NCBI RefSeq assembly: GCF_001194135.2
Contig: NC_068997.1
Location: 15,680,716 to 15,720,016 of the forward strand
Direction: 5' to 3'
Origin: Octopus bimaculoides
Taxonomy: Eukaryota
Length of the DNA: 39,301 nt
Shown here in pieces: positions 12,015 to 22,882 of this stretch (position 1 is the stretch's first letter; each line of letters begins with the position of its first letter). Made by a program: the position numbers and the translations under genes. The notes under the pieces were generated by a model that saw nothing but the letters and a program-made list of their open reading frames with translations, had not been told where the DNA came from and searched no databases.

Positions 12015-12345
12015 CATAAGGGAGGCCTGAATCATACAAAGAAAGCATAACATCTTGAAAATAAACACAGGGAAACAAATCTCAGGAATGGGTTGCTCAA
12101 GGCCCGATCTTAATCCAATAGAATATTTATAGGAACATTATGATGTATGGTGGCACACAAGACTTTCGAAAATTACATCAATTACAGAACTGAAAGAAGC
12201 ATGGAGAGGAAAGGAGATAAGCATAAATTAGTCTAACACTGAACCATAGATCAGTATGACATTGATAATTTATTCAAATCTATGTGTAACTGGATGAAAG
12301 TTATGATATTATCTAAAGGAAGGCTTACAAATAATTGAGATAAAC
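12015..12345 (+). mobile_element. Tc1-like (DD34E-type) transposase C-terminal fragment
   Basis: HTKKA*HLENKH..EWVAQ(fs)PDLNPIEYL*...SITELKEAW...DIDNLFKSMCNWMKVMILSKGRLTNN* (stop 12336-12338). Confidence 0.8.
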
Positions 12346-12767
12346 TTTCATTCATTTAGCATAATTTTTCATGGAGTTATAAGTTAAATTGTCATTGCAT
12401 TTTATTACCCTGGCTATAAATTTATAGTTGGCTAATATATAAGACTTAGGAAAATCCCAGAAATTTTGAACGAACATTTAATCTACAGGAAGGATTATGT
12501 CATAGTATTTCGTTTCTTATGATTGCTTATATGAATGTTTGGGTTGTTCTGCATATAATATGATTTATATCTGAGACCACTTTTTTAATGCTCCATTGTA
12601 ATAATGTACAACTCAGTTAAGGAATTTCTCATCAGAGGATAAGCTGGATATGTGCTTACTAATGTTATTAACAAAGTTTTTAAGGATTATTGGAGGATAG
12701 ATGGAGTTTATATTAATGTACTGCAATCTTTGCAATCTTACCTTAGGATTACTATAAAGGCAGTATA

Positions 12768-13409
12768 TCATCATCATCGTTTAACGTCCGCTTTCCATGC
12801 TAGCATGGGTTGGACGATTTGACTGAGGACTGGTGAAACCGGATGGCAACACCAGGCTCCAGTCTGATTTGGCAGAGTTTCTACAGCTGGATGCCCTTCC
12901 TAACGCCAACCACTCAGAGAGTGTAGTGGGTGCTTTTACGTGTCACCTGCACGAAAACGGCCACGCTCGAAATGGTGTCTTTTATGTGCCACCCGCACAA
13001 GCCAGTCCAGGGGCACTGGCAACGATCTCGCTCGAAAATCCTACAGGAGCCAGTCAGGCGGTACTGGCAACGGCCACGCTCAAAATGGTGCATCTCATGT
13101 GCCACCCGCACAAGAACCAGTCCAGGGGCACTGGCAACGATCTTACTTGGCTTGCCGGGTCTTCTCACGCACAGCCCATTTCCAAAGGTCTCGGTCCGTA
13201 GTCATCGCCTCGGTGAGGCCCAATGTACGAAGGTCTTGCCTCACCACCTCAGCCCAGGTCTTCCTGGGCCTACCTCTTCCACGGGTTCCCTCAACTGTTA
13301 GGGTGTGGCACTTTTTCACGCAGCTATCCTCCTCCATTCTCACCACATGTCCATACCAGCGCAATCGTCTCTCTTGCACGCCACAACTGATGCTTCTAAT
13401 GTTCAGCTT
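12768..13409 (-). mobile_element. RTE LINE, 5'-truncated: ORF2 C-terminus + 3'UTR + (GAT)n tail
   Basis: KLNIRSISCGVQERRLRWYGHVVRMEEDSCVKKCHTLTVEGTRGRGRPRKTW...DRDLWKWAVREKTRQAK* (RWxGHV and GRPxxxW motifs); uninterrupted frame suggests a young copy. Confidence 0.92.
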
Positions 13410-13616
13410 ACTATTATCTAAATCTAGAATTATAGCTAAGAAATTAACTATACTTAAAGTTGTGTCTACTATGATCATTAAGTCTTTCTCTTCTTTCTCT
13501 TTGATATGGTGACATATTAAAAATGTATATATTTTATCATTGGCATTTTTTTCTGAGTAAATATTAGCTATTTTTGTGTCTATAATTTATCAGACAGTAT
13601 CTATTTCTTGTTTTCC

Positions 13617-13650
<34 letters not shown>

Positions 13651-13654
13651 ATAA

Positions 13655-14340
13655 TAAGATTTATTTGTTATGCTCTGGAAGATGAATCTTAGAATAGAGC
13701 TATTTTCTAAGTCTCACTTTAATTTATAGGTTTCCGTTGACTCTATAGGATGAGTTATCATTCACATATCTAGCGTTTATCACATGTTTTATCTTTCTAC
13801 CATTTTATTCTCTATTGTAGCAAAGTAGAACATCCTGCACATAAGCCCTAAGAGAGAAGACATAATTAATCCATCTCTCTTCATATGTCTTGTAGATATC
13901 AGGAGGTCGCTTTGTTGTACAGTGTACAAAGAATTTCTTAACTAAGGTATCCGATTTCATAGACGCATTTATTCTTGGGTGTTTTATACAATAATTAATG
14001 TGATATCTATTGTTTCTGATTCTGGAACTTTGGTTATAGACTTAATTTCAGAACCTTAGTAACAGACTTGAGAAGAGAATATTGCCTATTTCGTGATAGT
14101 TTCTTCTGAGTCTTTAGAAATTCTTCGGAAGACTTTATATTATGTCCAAGTAGATATTGTTTAACACTTATCTAATTGTTATGTGTTGGTGTACTTATTT
14201 GAATTACTAAGGGTCAGAGAGGTTGCTTTGTGTATTTTTACTCTGCTGTAGATATGTGATTTCCTAATCAGTTCTATGGGAAAGGATGCCCTTATTTGTT
14301 CATTTATGGTTGTAATAATTCCTCAGTTGGATAGCATTTA
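13655..14340 (-). mobile_element. Penelope-like element, lineage A: decayed RT core
   Basis: Frameshifted motifs in order: IYSRVKIHK; SQISTPT*QL; NIKSSEEFL; SITKVPESETIDI; DGLIMSSLLG..FYFATIENK (xGxAMGSP-like); ARYVND (RYVDD-like, 13774-13757); ENSSILRF. Confidence 0.75.
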
Positions 14341-14344
14341 GATT

Positions 14345-14960
14345 CTCCTTCATAAACGAAATGCCAGATAAAGAAACCCACCGAATAAAAGAAAAAACTA
14401 ATCTGCAACAGCAGACATTCCAACAGACTAAAAGAATGAGCCATAAAACAATAGAAGTCGAAATACAATGAAACAAATAAATATACCAGACACCAAAACT
14501 ATTAAAAGTACACAAGTCACTCATAAAATGTGTTACGTGGATTTAATTCATACAAACTAAGGACTACGTGAACATATCAAGAATCGTACGAAACGTAACA
14601 CAAAATTACATTACGTGAAACCATAAATATACTATAAAAACACTGAAATTAATTACTTTCTTATTAATAATAAACCGTAAGCTTGTAAAGCAGAGAACAA
14701 GCGACTAATGACCATTGTGGTTTATAAATATATTCGGTTGCCAACGTCAAAGTGTAAGCTCTAAGAATCCAGTAGTTATATTGGCTATACAAGTGTGACA
14801 CTCACCCTCCGGCTCATTGTGCACTTACAACAAGGAGCAATTGCAATACACTGCGCAAACCAAACAAACAAAACTAGATAAGAAAACATTAGGTAATACA
14901 TATATACTCTTCAGAATTCCAGACAAAAAAAAAAACAAGAATGACAATTAATGATGGGAA
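14345..14960 (+). mobile_element. Penelope-like element, lineage A: thumb end + linker + GIY-YIG, inverted relative to 13655-14340
   Basis: KETHRIKEKL..; HKMCYVDLIHTN*..KRNTK..IYYKNTEINYFLINNKP..IVVYKY..SSYIGYTSVTLTLRLIVHLQQGAIAIH (VVY...YIG). Confidence 0.8.
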
Positions 14961-15059
14961 AGGATACTCAAAGCATGGAACAATGTTAAAATAAATAGAT
15001 AACAAACACTTGTCTCAAATATGAATAAATACCTGACAAACGCCATATAAATCTAATTG

Positions 15060-15310
15060 AAGAAAATTCAAATATCTATGCGGATCCCATTGAACTTGCC
15101 TGCTAGACAAGAAGTAGCGACACACGCCAACATCACTCCATCTGGAAGATGAGCCTGTGGAGGTTTAGAAATATTGATAATAGATTTAAGAATTTTAATG
15201 TTTGAAATGAACTGCAAGGCACCAATGCAAAATGTATGAAAAAAGAAGAAATCTTTACATAAAAGCATAAAAACAAGGGCTTAGCTGCGTTTTCAAATAT
15301 TCAGTACAAC
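15060..15310 (+). mobile_element. Possible Tc1-like transposase C-terminal relic
   Basis: Weak, frameshifted: DPIELA.., NFNV*NEL(fs)APMQNV*KK..LHKSIKTR..TTPY. Confidence 0.3.
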
Positions 15311-15345
15311 ACCATATACATATATATATAGAGAGAGTTAGATAT

Positions 15346-15633
15346 GTGCAGGCATGGCTATGTGGTAAGAGGCTTGCTTCCAAACTACACTGTCCCAGGT
15401 TCAGTCCCACTACAAAGCACCTTGGGCAAGTGCTTTCTACTATAGCCTCGGGATGACCAAAGCCTTGCGAGTGCATTTGATAGATGGAAACTGAAAAAAG
15501 CCTATCGATATATATATATATATACATGTATGTATGCATATATTTATGTGTGTGTCTTTGTGACTATGTTTGTCCTCCCACCATCGCTTGACAACCAATG
15601 CTGGTGTGCTTATGTTCCCGTAACTTAGCAGGT

Positions 15634-15668
<35 letters not shown>

Positions 15669-15725
15669 AGAGTAAGTATTAAGATTGCAAGGAATAAGTT
15701 CTGGAATCAAATGATTGCAACAAGT
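15346..15725 (+). mobile_element. SINE family 1 with internal deletion in the tail
   Basis: gcaggcatggctatgtggtaagaggcttgcttcc...ccttgggcaagtg...ttgacaaccaatgctggtgtg. Confidence 0.85.
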
Positions 15726-15789
15726 AACTCAGATAGCATTCTTTAACATTCCTGGTGCCTTCAGGCAATCCTTAGTCTATCGTTCTGGT

Positions 15790-16160
15790 TTTAGCTTCTT
15801 ATGCCATGTGGGCACAGCCTGAGGATTGCGTGAAAGCACCAGACATATCAAAAAATGCCATCTGAGCTATTTTCAGATTTTATAGATTATGTCCCATATT
15901 ATTGGAAGGTGTTCAGAAACTTTAACCTTGAACTTCCTGACAAATTTGGCTAGGATGTTGAGTTTTCCATTACTCTTTTCTGAGCGAGTGACGATGGTCA
16001 TAATAATGTTTTTTAAAAGTGATTGCAGTACATACAGTGCAATTTCTTTCAACACTGTTCACAGTACAGAGGGGACACTCTACATCAATCTGAAGGGAAA
16101 ATGGGATCCTCTGTGTGGACACGTGGAAGAATTTCAACAGTTGAAAATTGGCTGTTAGGG
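15790..16160 (-). mobile_element. Penelope-like lineage B GIY-YIG fragment, decayed
   Basis: Frameshifted CR/VECPL/EQC/LKEIALYV; AITFKKHYYDHRHSLRKE; LAKFVRKFK..IIWDII. Confidence 0.6.
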
Positions 16161-16601
16161 TGGAGGGATATGTGAGTGTGTGATCTGAAAAAAATATATT
16201 GCACAGGCAAGAATCTTTAGTATCAATGTTATGAGTGTTGAAAATTTTATACTATTTATGTGTAGGTAGGAAAAGTCTTACCAGTGCAAGAAATTTTTTT
16301 ATTCATGTTAACAATCAGATTATATGCTAGATTGTATCAGATTATCTCTCTCATACAAATTCTATTCTGATATAAAAATAGACTGGAGCTGGAGCGTTCT
16401 CTCTGTAAATTAGGTCTACGCTGAAGTCGCTTCTAGTTAATGCATCGTTATATAAGATGTGTTCTTATATAATGATAGGAACTCATCATTATATGAGGAG
16501 TAGACTTATAAAGACGTCCTCATCCTAAGCTACATCAGAAACTCTCCTACTCATTCCAATCTGAAGGTCATGGGTGGATGGAACTTTTGTTTGCAAATAG
16601 C

Positions 16602-17010
16602 CACAGGCGTTGCTGTGTGATAAGAAGCTAGCTTCCGAACCACATGTTTCCATGTTCAGTCCCACAACATAGCACTTTGATCAAATGTCTTCTCCTATAG
16701 CCTCGGGGTGGTCAAAGCATTCTGATTGGATATGGTAGACAGAATCTGAAAGAAGCCCATCATATATGCGTGTGTGTGTGTGTGCACATGCATGCGGGTG
16801 TGTGTGCATGTATTTTTATGTCAGGTACAAACCGTGGTGATTTGTCACGTCCTTGTAACTCAATGTTTCGGCAAAAGAAACCGACAGAATAAGTATCCGG
16901 CTTTAAAAAAAAAAAATAAATAAATACTGGGGTCAGTGTGCTTAACTAAAAATTCTTCAATGTGATGCCTCAGCATGGCCTCAGTCTAGTGACTGAAACA
17001 AGCAAAAGAA
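16602..17010 (+). mobile_element. SINE family 1
   Basis: ttgctgtgtgataagaagctagcttcc...gaaagaagccc...cagcatggcctcagtctagtgactgaaacaag. Confidence 0.85.
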
Positions 17011-18325
17011 TATTCCGTAGTCTCATTTGGCTTTCAGTAGGGGATTGTAAATATGCATATTTAAATCTAGTGTCATATCTAAAAAGTCCAAGGACTTTCA
17101 ATAGGGATGATGGGTAAGCATATATATCTAGTCTTTAATATCTCCAATGTTTAAGGCCATTTGATCAATCCATGGCCATCAAATCTAATGTGCATTGCAG
17201 AATATTCACTTTTGAAGATCATACTTATGGAAGGGTAGATTCCCTTATGTCATACCTTTCCAGCCATCTCTTCTTTTGACCTGTCTGTCAGGTATTCGTC
17301 TACATAAACATATTGACCAATGAGAATTGATCAAGCTAGGACATAGTGGACACAGCTTAATGCACCACATATTGTCTGACCGATCACGTGTATACCTTAC
17401 ATTTGTGCATTTCTGAATAGCAACAGTGCATCAATAACCAACTGATTCACATAATATCCTCCCCACCTTTTATGACCTAAACAAATGTGAATGTACGAAC
17501 CTCAAATATATCACACGAGGAAAATATAGAATATTTACCAGAAGTTACCTCGCAGGACATCTAAGTGTTTCACAAGCTATTCATCCATTCTTCAGCTGCT
17601 ATTGAACTAAAAAAGAAAAAAAAACATTTAATCATTCAGCTACACAACATATTGTAGCCATTGACATCGTGAGAAGTCTGTATATAATTCGGCCAGGAAT
17701 GGACCAGAAAAAAAATACAACAAAAAAAAACAAAAAACAAAAAAAACGAGGGGTCGATTTATATATTATCGAGAAATAATAACTGCCTTAAGAATCTAGT
17801 GAAAAATATCCGCAGAGTGCTATGCTAGGGCATATAATTTCGGATGCTTAAATATACACAGAAGAAACTGCATTGTAGGTGGATAATGCACGTGAAACTC
17901 TGGTATACAATCTTAGTTCGTCTAACTGAGATATGAGATATTTAATCCCTGAGAGTGCACGGCAATGCAAACCAATGCCTATATATATATGTGTGTATAT
18001 GTGTATACATGCAGGCATAATTATGTATGAGTGTATATACTGTGTGTGTATGTGAATGCAATGTTTTGAAAAAAAAAGCGGATTGCAAAAGGAAACCAGC
18101 ATCATCTGCTGACAGTGGACGTAACGCATTATCTTGGTATGTGTGTACTGTGTTTCCTAGGGAACGACTGTCGATTGCCGGTGACAAGGAAGAAGAAAGA
18201 TGAAGGTGTGTGTGTGTTGGGGGGAATATGGGTGTGATGGATTGGCAGCGATTGTTATAGGGGAGGATAAGCCGTGAAAGAGCGAGAATATATATATATA
18301 TATATTTATGTATAAATAAATATAT

Positions 18326-19112
18326 ATATATATATATATATACGTATGTATGTATGTATAAGGAAATTAAGAAGCAGGCGAAGAAGAATGTTGATAGTGA
18401 AAAAGGAAAAGTGGGTGGAGGAGGAGGAGGAGGGGACAGGTAAAGATGAGAGTGGTGGAGGTGGTGGTGGTGGTGGTGGCGATGGACGGCAGCAGTAGTA
18501 AAGTAAATGAAGCGAAAGTAAGAAAAAGAAAGGGGTAATAATGATGATGATGATGATGATGATGACGAGGAGGAGGAGGAGGAGGAGGAGGAGGAAGTTG
18601 AAGAGGAAGAGGTAAAGAAAGAGTGGAATTAAATGAAGAACATGTTAACAAAAGAAGAAATGATAGAACAAATAAAGGGAGAAAAAGCTGATGTTAAGAG
18701 AAAAGAGATGTGGTAGTGGTGGTGGTGGTGGTGGTGATGTTGGCGCTGGTGGTGGTGATNNNNNNNNNNNNNNNNNNNNNNNNNNNNNNNNNNNNNNNNN
18801 NNNNNNNNNNNNNNNNNNNNNNNNNNNNNNNNNNNNNNNNNNNNNNNNNNNNNNNNNNNNNNNNNNNNNNNNNNNNNNNNNNNNNNNNNNNNNNNNNNNN
18901 NNNNNNNNNNNNNNNNNNNNNNNNNNNNNNNNNNNNNNNNNNNNNNNNNNNNNNNATATATATATATATATATATACGTATGTATGTATGTATAAGGAAA
19001 TTAAGAAGCAGGCGAAGAAGAATGTTGATAGTGAAAAAGGAAAAGTGGGTGGAGGAGGAGGAGGAGGGGACAGGTAAAGATGAGAGTGGTGGAGGTGGTG
19101 GTGGTGGTGGTG
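18326..19112 (+). repeat. ~150-bp direct duplication (18326-18479 / 18956-19112) across a gap
   Basis: tacgtatgtatg...aagcaggcgaagaagaatgttgatagtg...gatgagagtggtgg is identical in both copies; downstream sequences differ. Confidence 0.9.
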
Positions 19113-19552
19113 GTAGTGATGGTGGTGATGGCAGTGGTGGTAATGTTGATGGTGGTAGTAGTGTTGTTGGTGGTGGTGGTAATAATTCCCCCCGCCCCCC
19201 GCCCTCCCCCCGCTCTATGTCTACAATATGAGGGTGAAGTGGCTTCAGACAAGTGTATGACACTGTAGCTTCGAATGTCCACAGGGTACAATATGGCAGT
19301 AAGCTGCAAGACATAAGCTGTAAGCTGTGAGCTGTGAGCAATTCTATAAAATTTCTATTATACTTCGTGTCAGTGGACAGAGTTCTTTATCGTTGTTTTT
19401 GTTCTTTATTTTATTATTATTATATTTTTTTCTTTGGTTGTTGTTGTTGTCTTGGTCTTCTTTAACGATAATGCAATTCGTTTGTGTCTGTGTTTGCAAG
19501 TTTCTGTGTGTATTCGAGTGTTGTTCTGTCTGTCTGTCTGTCTGTTTGTCTG

Positions 19553-19591
<39 letters not shown>

Positions 19592-20252
19592 AGCCCTGTG
19601 TGTGTGTATGTTGGTTCTGTGTGTGTTGTAATGATGGCGAGTTTGTTGTGCAATGTCAATTACGTACATCGTGTAGCAGGGTAAAGCAAAGACACAATAA
19701 AAGCGAGGAAGAAGGTGGAGGGGGGGTAGGTGGGAAATATACTGCAATGAATAAATAGCTACATAAATGAGTTGCCTGAAAAACGGAAATGGGGGAAACT
19801 CTGAGTAGCAGACTTGTGAGAGTTCAGCATCTTATATATATATAAATGCCAATTTTGCTACCCTGAGATTTATTAATAATGGTATAATGATTTTTTTGGC
19901 TAATTTCTGGAAGAAAATCAGCATTTTTTGTATTAGCTGCCGATAAGAAAACTGCACATGTGCGGTAGATATGAAAAATTATAACATATAAGCACGAGGT
20001 ATGTTTCTATGTATTGCCTCGTATTTATGTGTTAATCTTGGCATTCCTGCTGATGATAGCTGGCCTAGCAAATTATTTTATTTTGCTGAAAATAGCTTGA
20101 AACCTTGGTTCAGGAAATAGATGGTAAATGTTTTTATTTTTCATTCTCTTTCGAAATTATCCCTAATTGTGGTTTGGAGTTTGACTGCTCCTTCTAGCAG
20201 GTTAGATGTCCTATTATGGACATCTCTCTTGTGTTTAAATGTACACTGTATG

Positions 20253-20337
<85 letters not shown>

Positions 20338-20362
20338 GCATATATAAATATACACATACATA

Positions 20363-20815
20363 TTAGGCTGCTTCACATGAAATGTCGTATTTGAAAGGTA
20401 ACAATAAAATGTTTCAGAAGTGTTAGAGAACTGATTTATTTAATCAAAGTATGATCTATGTTCATTTATGACGTTTACCCAGTGTTTCTCTATGTCATAT
20501 ATTCCATCTTTAAAAAAACAATTCATCTTTTGCTGTGATAAACTGTCCGAATGCTTCAATTACCTCTTTTCAATTTAAGAATGTTTTATTGCTAATGAAA
20601 AGCTCAAAACGCTTAAAGAAGTGATGATCAGTAGGAGAGATATCAGGGGAATAGCGAGTATATTGCTCAGACTTTGCAACTTTAGGACCGTAGCTTGAGG
20701 CGTGTGAGGATGTGCATTGTCGTGGAGCAAAATTGGGTCATCTCTATTCACTAGTCTGAAATAATTCACCAGGCTGAAATAATTAATGCATACTTCCAGG
20801 AGTGAACAAAAAATT
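20363..20815 (-). mobile_element. mariner (D34D-type) 3' half with terminal inverted repeat and TA target site
   Basis: LVNRDDPILLHDNAHPHTPQAT..(deletion/fs)YSPDISPTDHHFFKRF...FFKDGI*..YFD*; TA(20361-20362)+ttaggctgcttcacatgaaatgtc resembles mariner TIRs. Confidence 0.88.
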
Positions 20816-20924
20816 CTCAAACTTGAGGGGATGGGCTCTTTTGATACTAACATGGGCCCCCATATATGGATTTTAATAGTGCAGGGGCCTACTTGCCATC
20901 AGGAAACCTGGTCAGCCCGCCACT

Positions 20925-21222
20925 GTATGTAATAATACAATGGATTCTTCTGTCATTAGATGATGGATGAAGTCCACAACTTCTTGCTGAACAACTTGCA
21001 CAGATGCTTTGTTTATAGTGATCAAATGTTCGTGTTCACATAGGTTCACTTGCTCTATTAAATTCATCCAATGTAGAGATGCACAAGTGTGCCACATGTC
21101 AGCTGTCGAAATAAATGCAGGAATATGAAATGAAGTGTTTTGCTCAAAAATACAATGCACTGCTCAATCTGGGAATTGAAATCATGATCTTGCAGTCATG
21201 AGTGCAATAGTCTAACCACACA
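20925..21222 (-). mobile_element. tRNA-derived SINE, family 4
   Basis: Reverse complement gives A-box gtggttaga, B-box gatttcaattccc, then ttgtatttttgagcaaaacacttcatt (conserved SINE central-domain-like). Confidence 0.65.
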
Positions 21223-21261
21223 CACACATACACAAATATATTCATACACACTTACATATAC

Positions 21262-22882
21262 AATAATAATTTGATTCAGCCCCTTAGGACTTCAAGTTTC
21301 GTAGGTGCATATAACACAGACATTTCGAAGAGTAAGAAATTTGAGACAAATTCAAGAGGGCTTCTAGATGTTAGGACCCTCTAGATTAATTCATTATTTA
21401 GTGTTAATGCTCAGGGTGCAACATTAGTTATTCTGTTTATTCTTAAGTCTATGTGCTAGGACAAGATGTTATCACCAATTTGACGGCAGACTGTGATATA
21501 GTATATTTGGCAACATCAATTCGTTGTAAAGGGTACTGCACATGGTAAGGTGGAATGTTGACAGGGATCAGTTATTTAGTCGTTCAGTGGAGTATTTAAC
21601 GCATTAGTGTCAGTAGACTTAATGTGATAGTGAATTCACTGATAAGTTAGAATATATGGAGGAACCCCACTCTCACGCTGAACCCAAAGAGAATTAGAAA
21701 GAGAAAGATGATCTGGTTCAATCCTCCATGCTGTCTAAAAGTTTCATCTAACATAGCCTAAAGATTCCTGACAATAATTAAAAACATTTTCCAAGAAACC
21801 ATAGGTGTTACAAACTCTTCAGTCTACACAATGTTAAGGTCAGATACTCTTGCGTAGACAACACTACACACTACAATAGTAATAAACACACATTCAAATA
21901 CCCTCCAGTTCACACTCTAGCCAGTAACCTCCGAAATTCAGCCAGCTGTCCACTGGGAGATTCCTTCTTTTCAAAGGCTGTAGTCTATAGAACTACACTC
22001 ACATCATATGATGTCATCACAAGACAATACACAAGCATGACAGCCAATTGTCTTTAGGGAAAGAGTATACAGCACATGCACTCTTTCAGGTGCAGTGATA
22101 TGGAAAATTCCACCTCCCCTTCGCTTCAAATAGACTCACCATGAACGACTTACCCAACCTCAAAAGGAGCACCATTAACAGCCTTCCTAACTCATCCGGT
22201 ACTTGCAATTGCCAGTTCCATCTCTGTGAGAAACTATGCATTCTCCACCAACCTGCAGTATACATCAATGTGAAGAATGAATTATCGTTTTGTTGCCGCC
22301 AGAAGTGCGTCTTGTTAATGAACTTCAAGCCACTGGCAGCTGACAGTCTAGATATACCACTTTGGGCTTGGATGTTCTACACACAAGGGAAGGGTATTTA
22401 ATTTCTGCCACCCATGTAAACTACAGCCCCACACATGTTGATCAGCCAGCTTCAATTATAACCGAATACCAGCAAATTTGGTCACTACATTGTAAAGACT
22501 GCAGCTGCTAATATGTAAGTGCTCTGAACAACAACTGAACTCTTGATTCACACCAACACCTCATCTTACCATGTGCATGCAGTACCAAATATAAGGAGTA
22601 GATATCACTGAATGTTCTGTACTGCAGTCCACTGCCAAAGTGGTGAGAGCTTCCTGTCAAACATCTTTTTCAAGAACTTGATCCTAAGAATCGAGAAAAG
22701 AGCTGATGTCGCTTCCACAGCATTAATACCACGACCCGAAATGACCAATAGAAGCTTAACATCTAGAAGACATCTTGAATTTATTTCAAGTCTCTTAACT
22801 TTCTCCTGATATCTTAGGGAGTTTATGCGTCCTTATGTACCACAGAACTTTAAGTCATATGGAGTTGAGTCAAACTTATTAG
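21262..22882. repeat. Diverged inverted pair (21262-21624 vs 22494-22882) flanking a PLE fragment
   Basis: rc(21.3-21.6k) vs 22.5-22.9k: cttaccatgtgcagtac/cttaccatgtgcatgcagtac; cctaacatctagaagccctcttgaat/cttaacatctagaagacatcttgaat (23/26); collinear over ~350 bp. Confidence 0.75.
21625..22345 (+). mobile_element. Penelope-like lineage B linker + GIY-YIG endonuclease
   Basis: DKLEYMEE; RKRKMIWFNPPCCLKVSSNIA*RFL..HFPRNHRCYKLF..NVKVRYSC; PLGDSFFSKAVVYRTTLT...QYTSMTAN...QHMHSFR..ENSTS; CQFHLCEKLCILHQ...KNELSFCCRQK. Confidence 0.85.

Larger units (their letters stand above)
11400..13615 (-). mobile_element. Penelope-like element, lineage B: RT thumb + linker + GIY-YIG endonuclease, decayed and interrupted twice
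   Basis: Minus translations KEKDLMIIVDTTLSIVNFLAIILDLDNS | YCLYSNP..LQYININSIYPPIILKNFVNNISKHISSLSSDEKF; RNEIL*HNPSCRLNV; TYNSMKN; CNFNNFNICPL..SLVYQ (11790-11822); ITENPFKNR**HHKYTFRNALY (11711-11736 onward). Confidence 0.8.

Noticed and set aside
12833-13512. Plus-strand ORFs of 122-190 aa
   Set aside because: Antisense reading of the GC-rich RTE fragment
14529-14602. Type-III hammerhead-like fold (9-bp stem tgtgttacg/cgtaacaca, GAAA, core ctaagga)
   Set aside because: Lies inside the PLE-A coding linker (HKMCYVDLIHTN..KRNTK); G at the cleavage site, C-C at the base of stem II, mutated core and no proper stem I
15873-16055. Helical ORF initially suggesting a host HEAT-repeat exon (BTAF1-like LPxxWD)
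   Set aside because: Neighbouring frames supply GIY-YIG PLE motifs, and no splice sites or other exons support a host gene
20912-21160. ORF resembling the mariner region before the first catalytic D (..QQEVVDFIHHLMTEE)
   Set aside because: No WVP or TGDE motif; the DNA is better explained as the body of a SINE whose A/B boxes lie at 21180-21220
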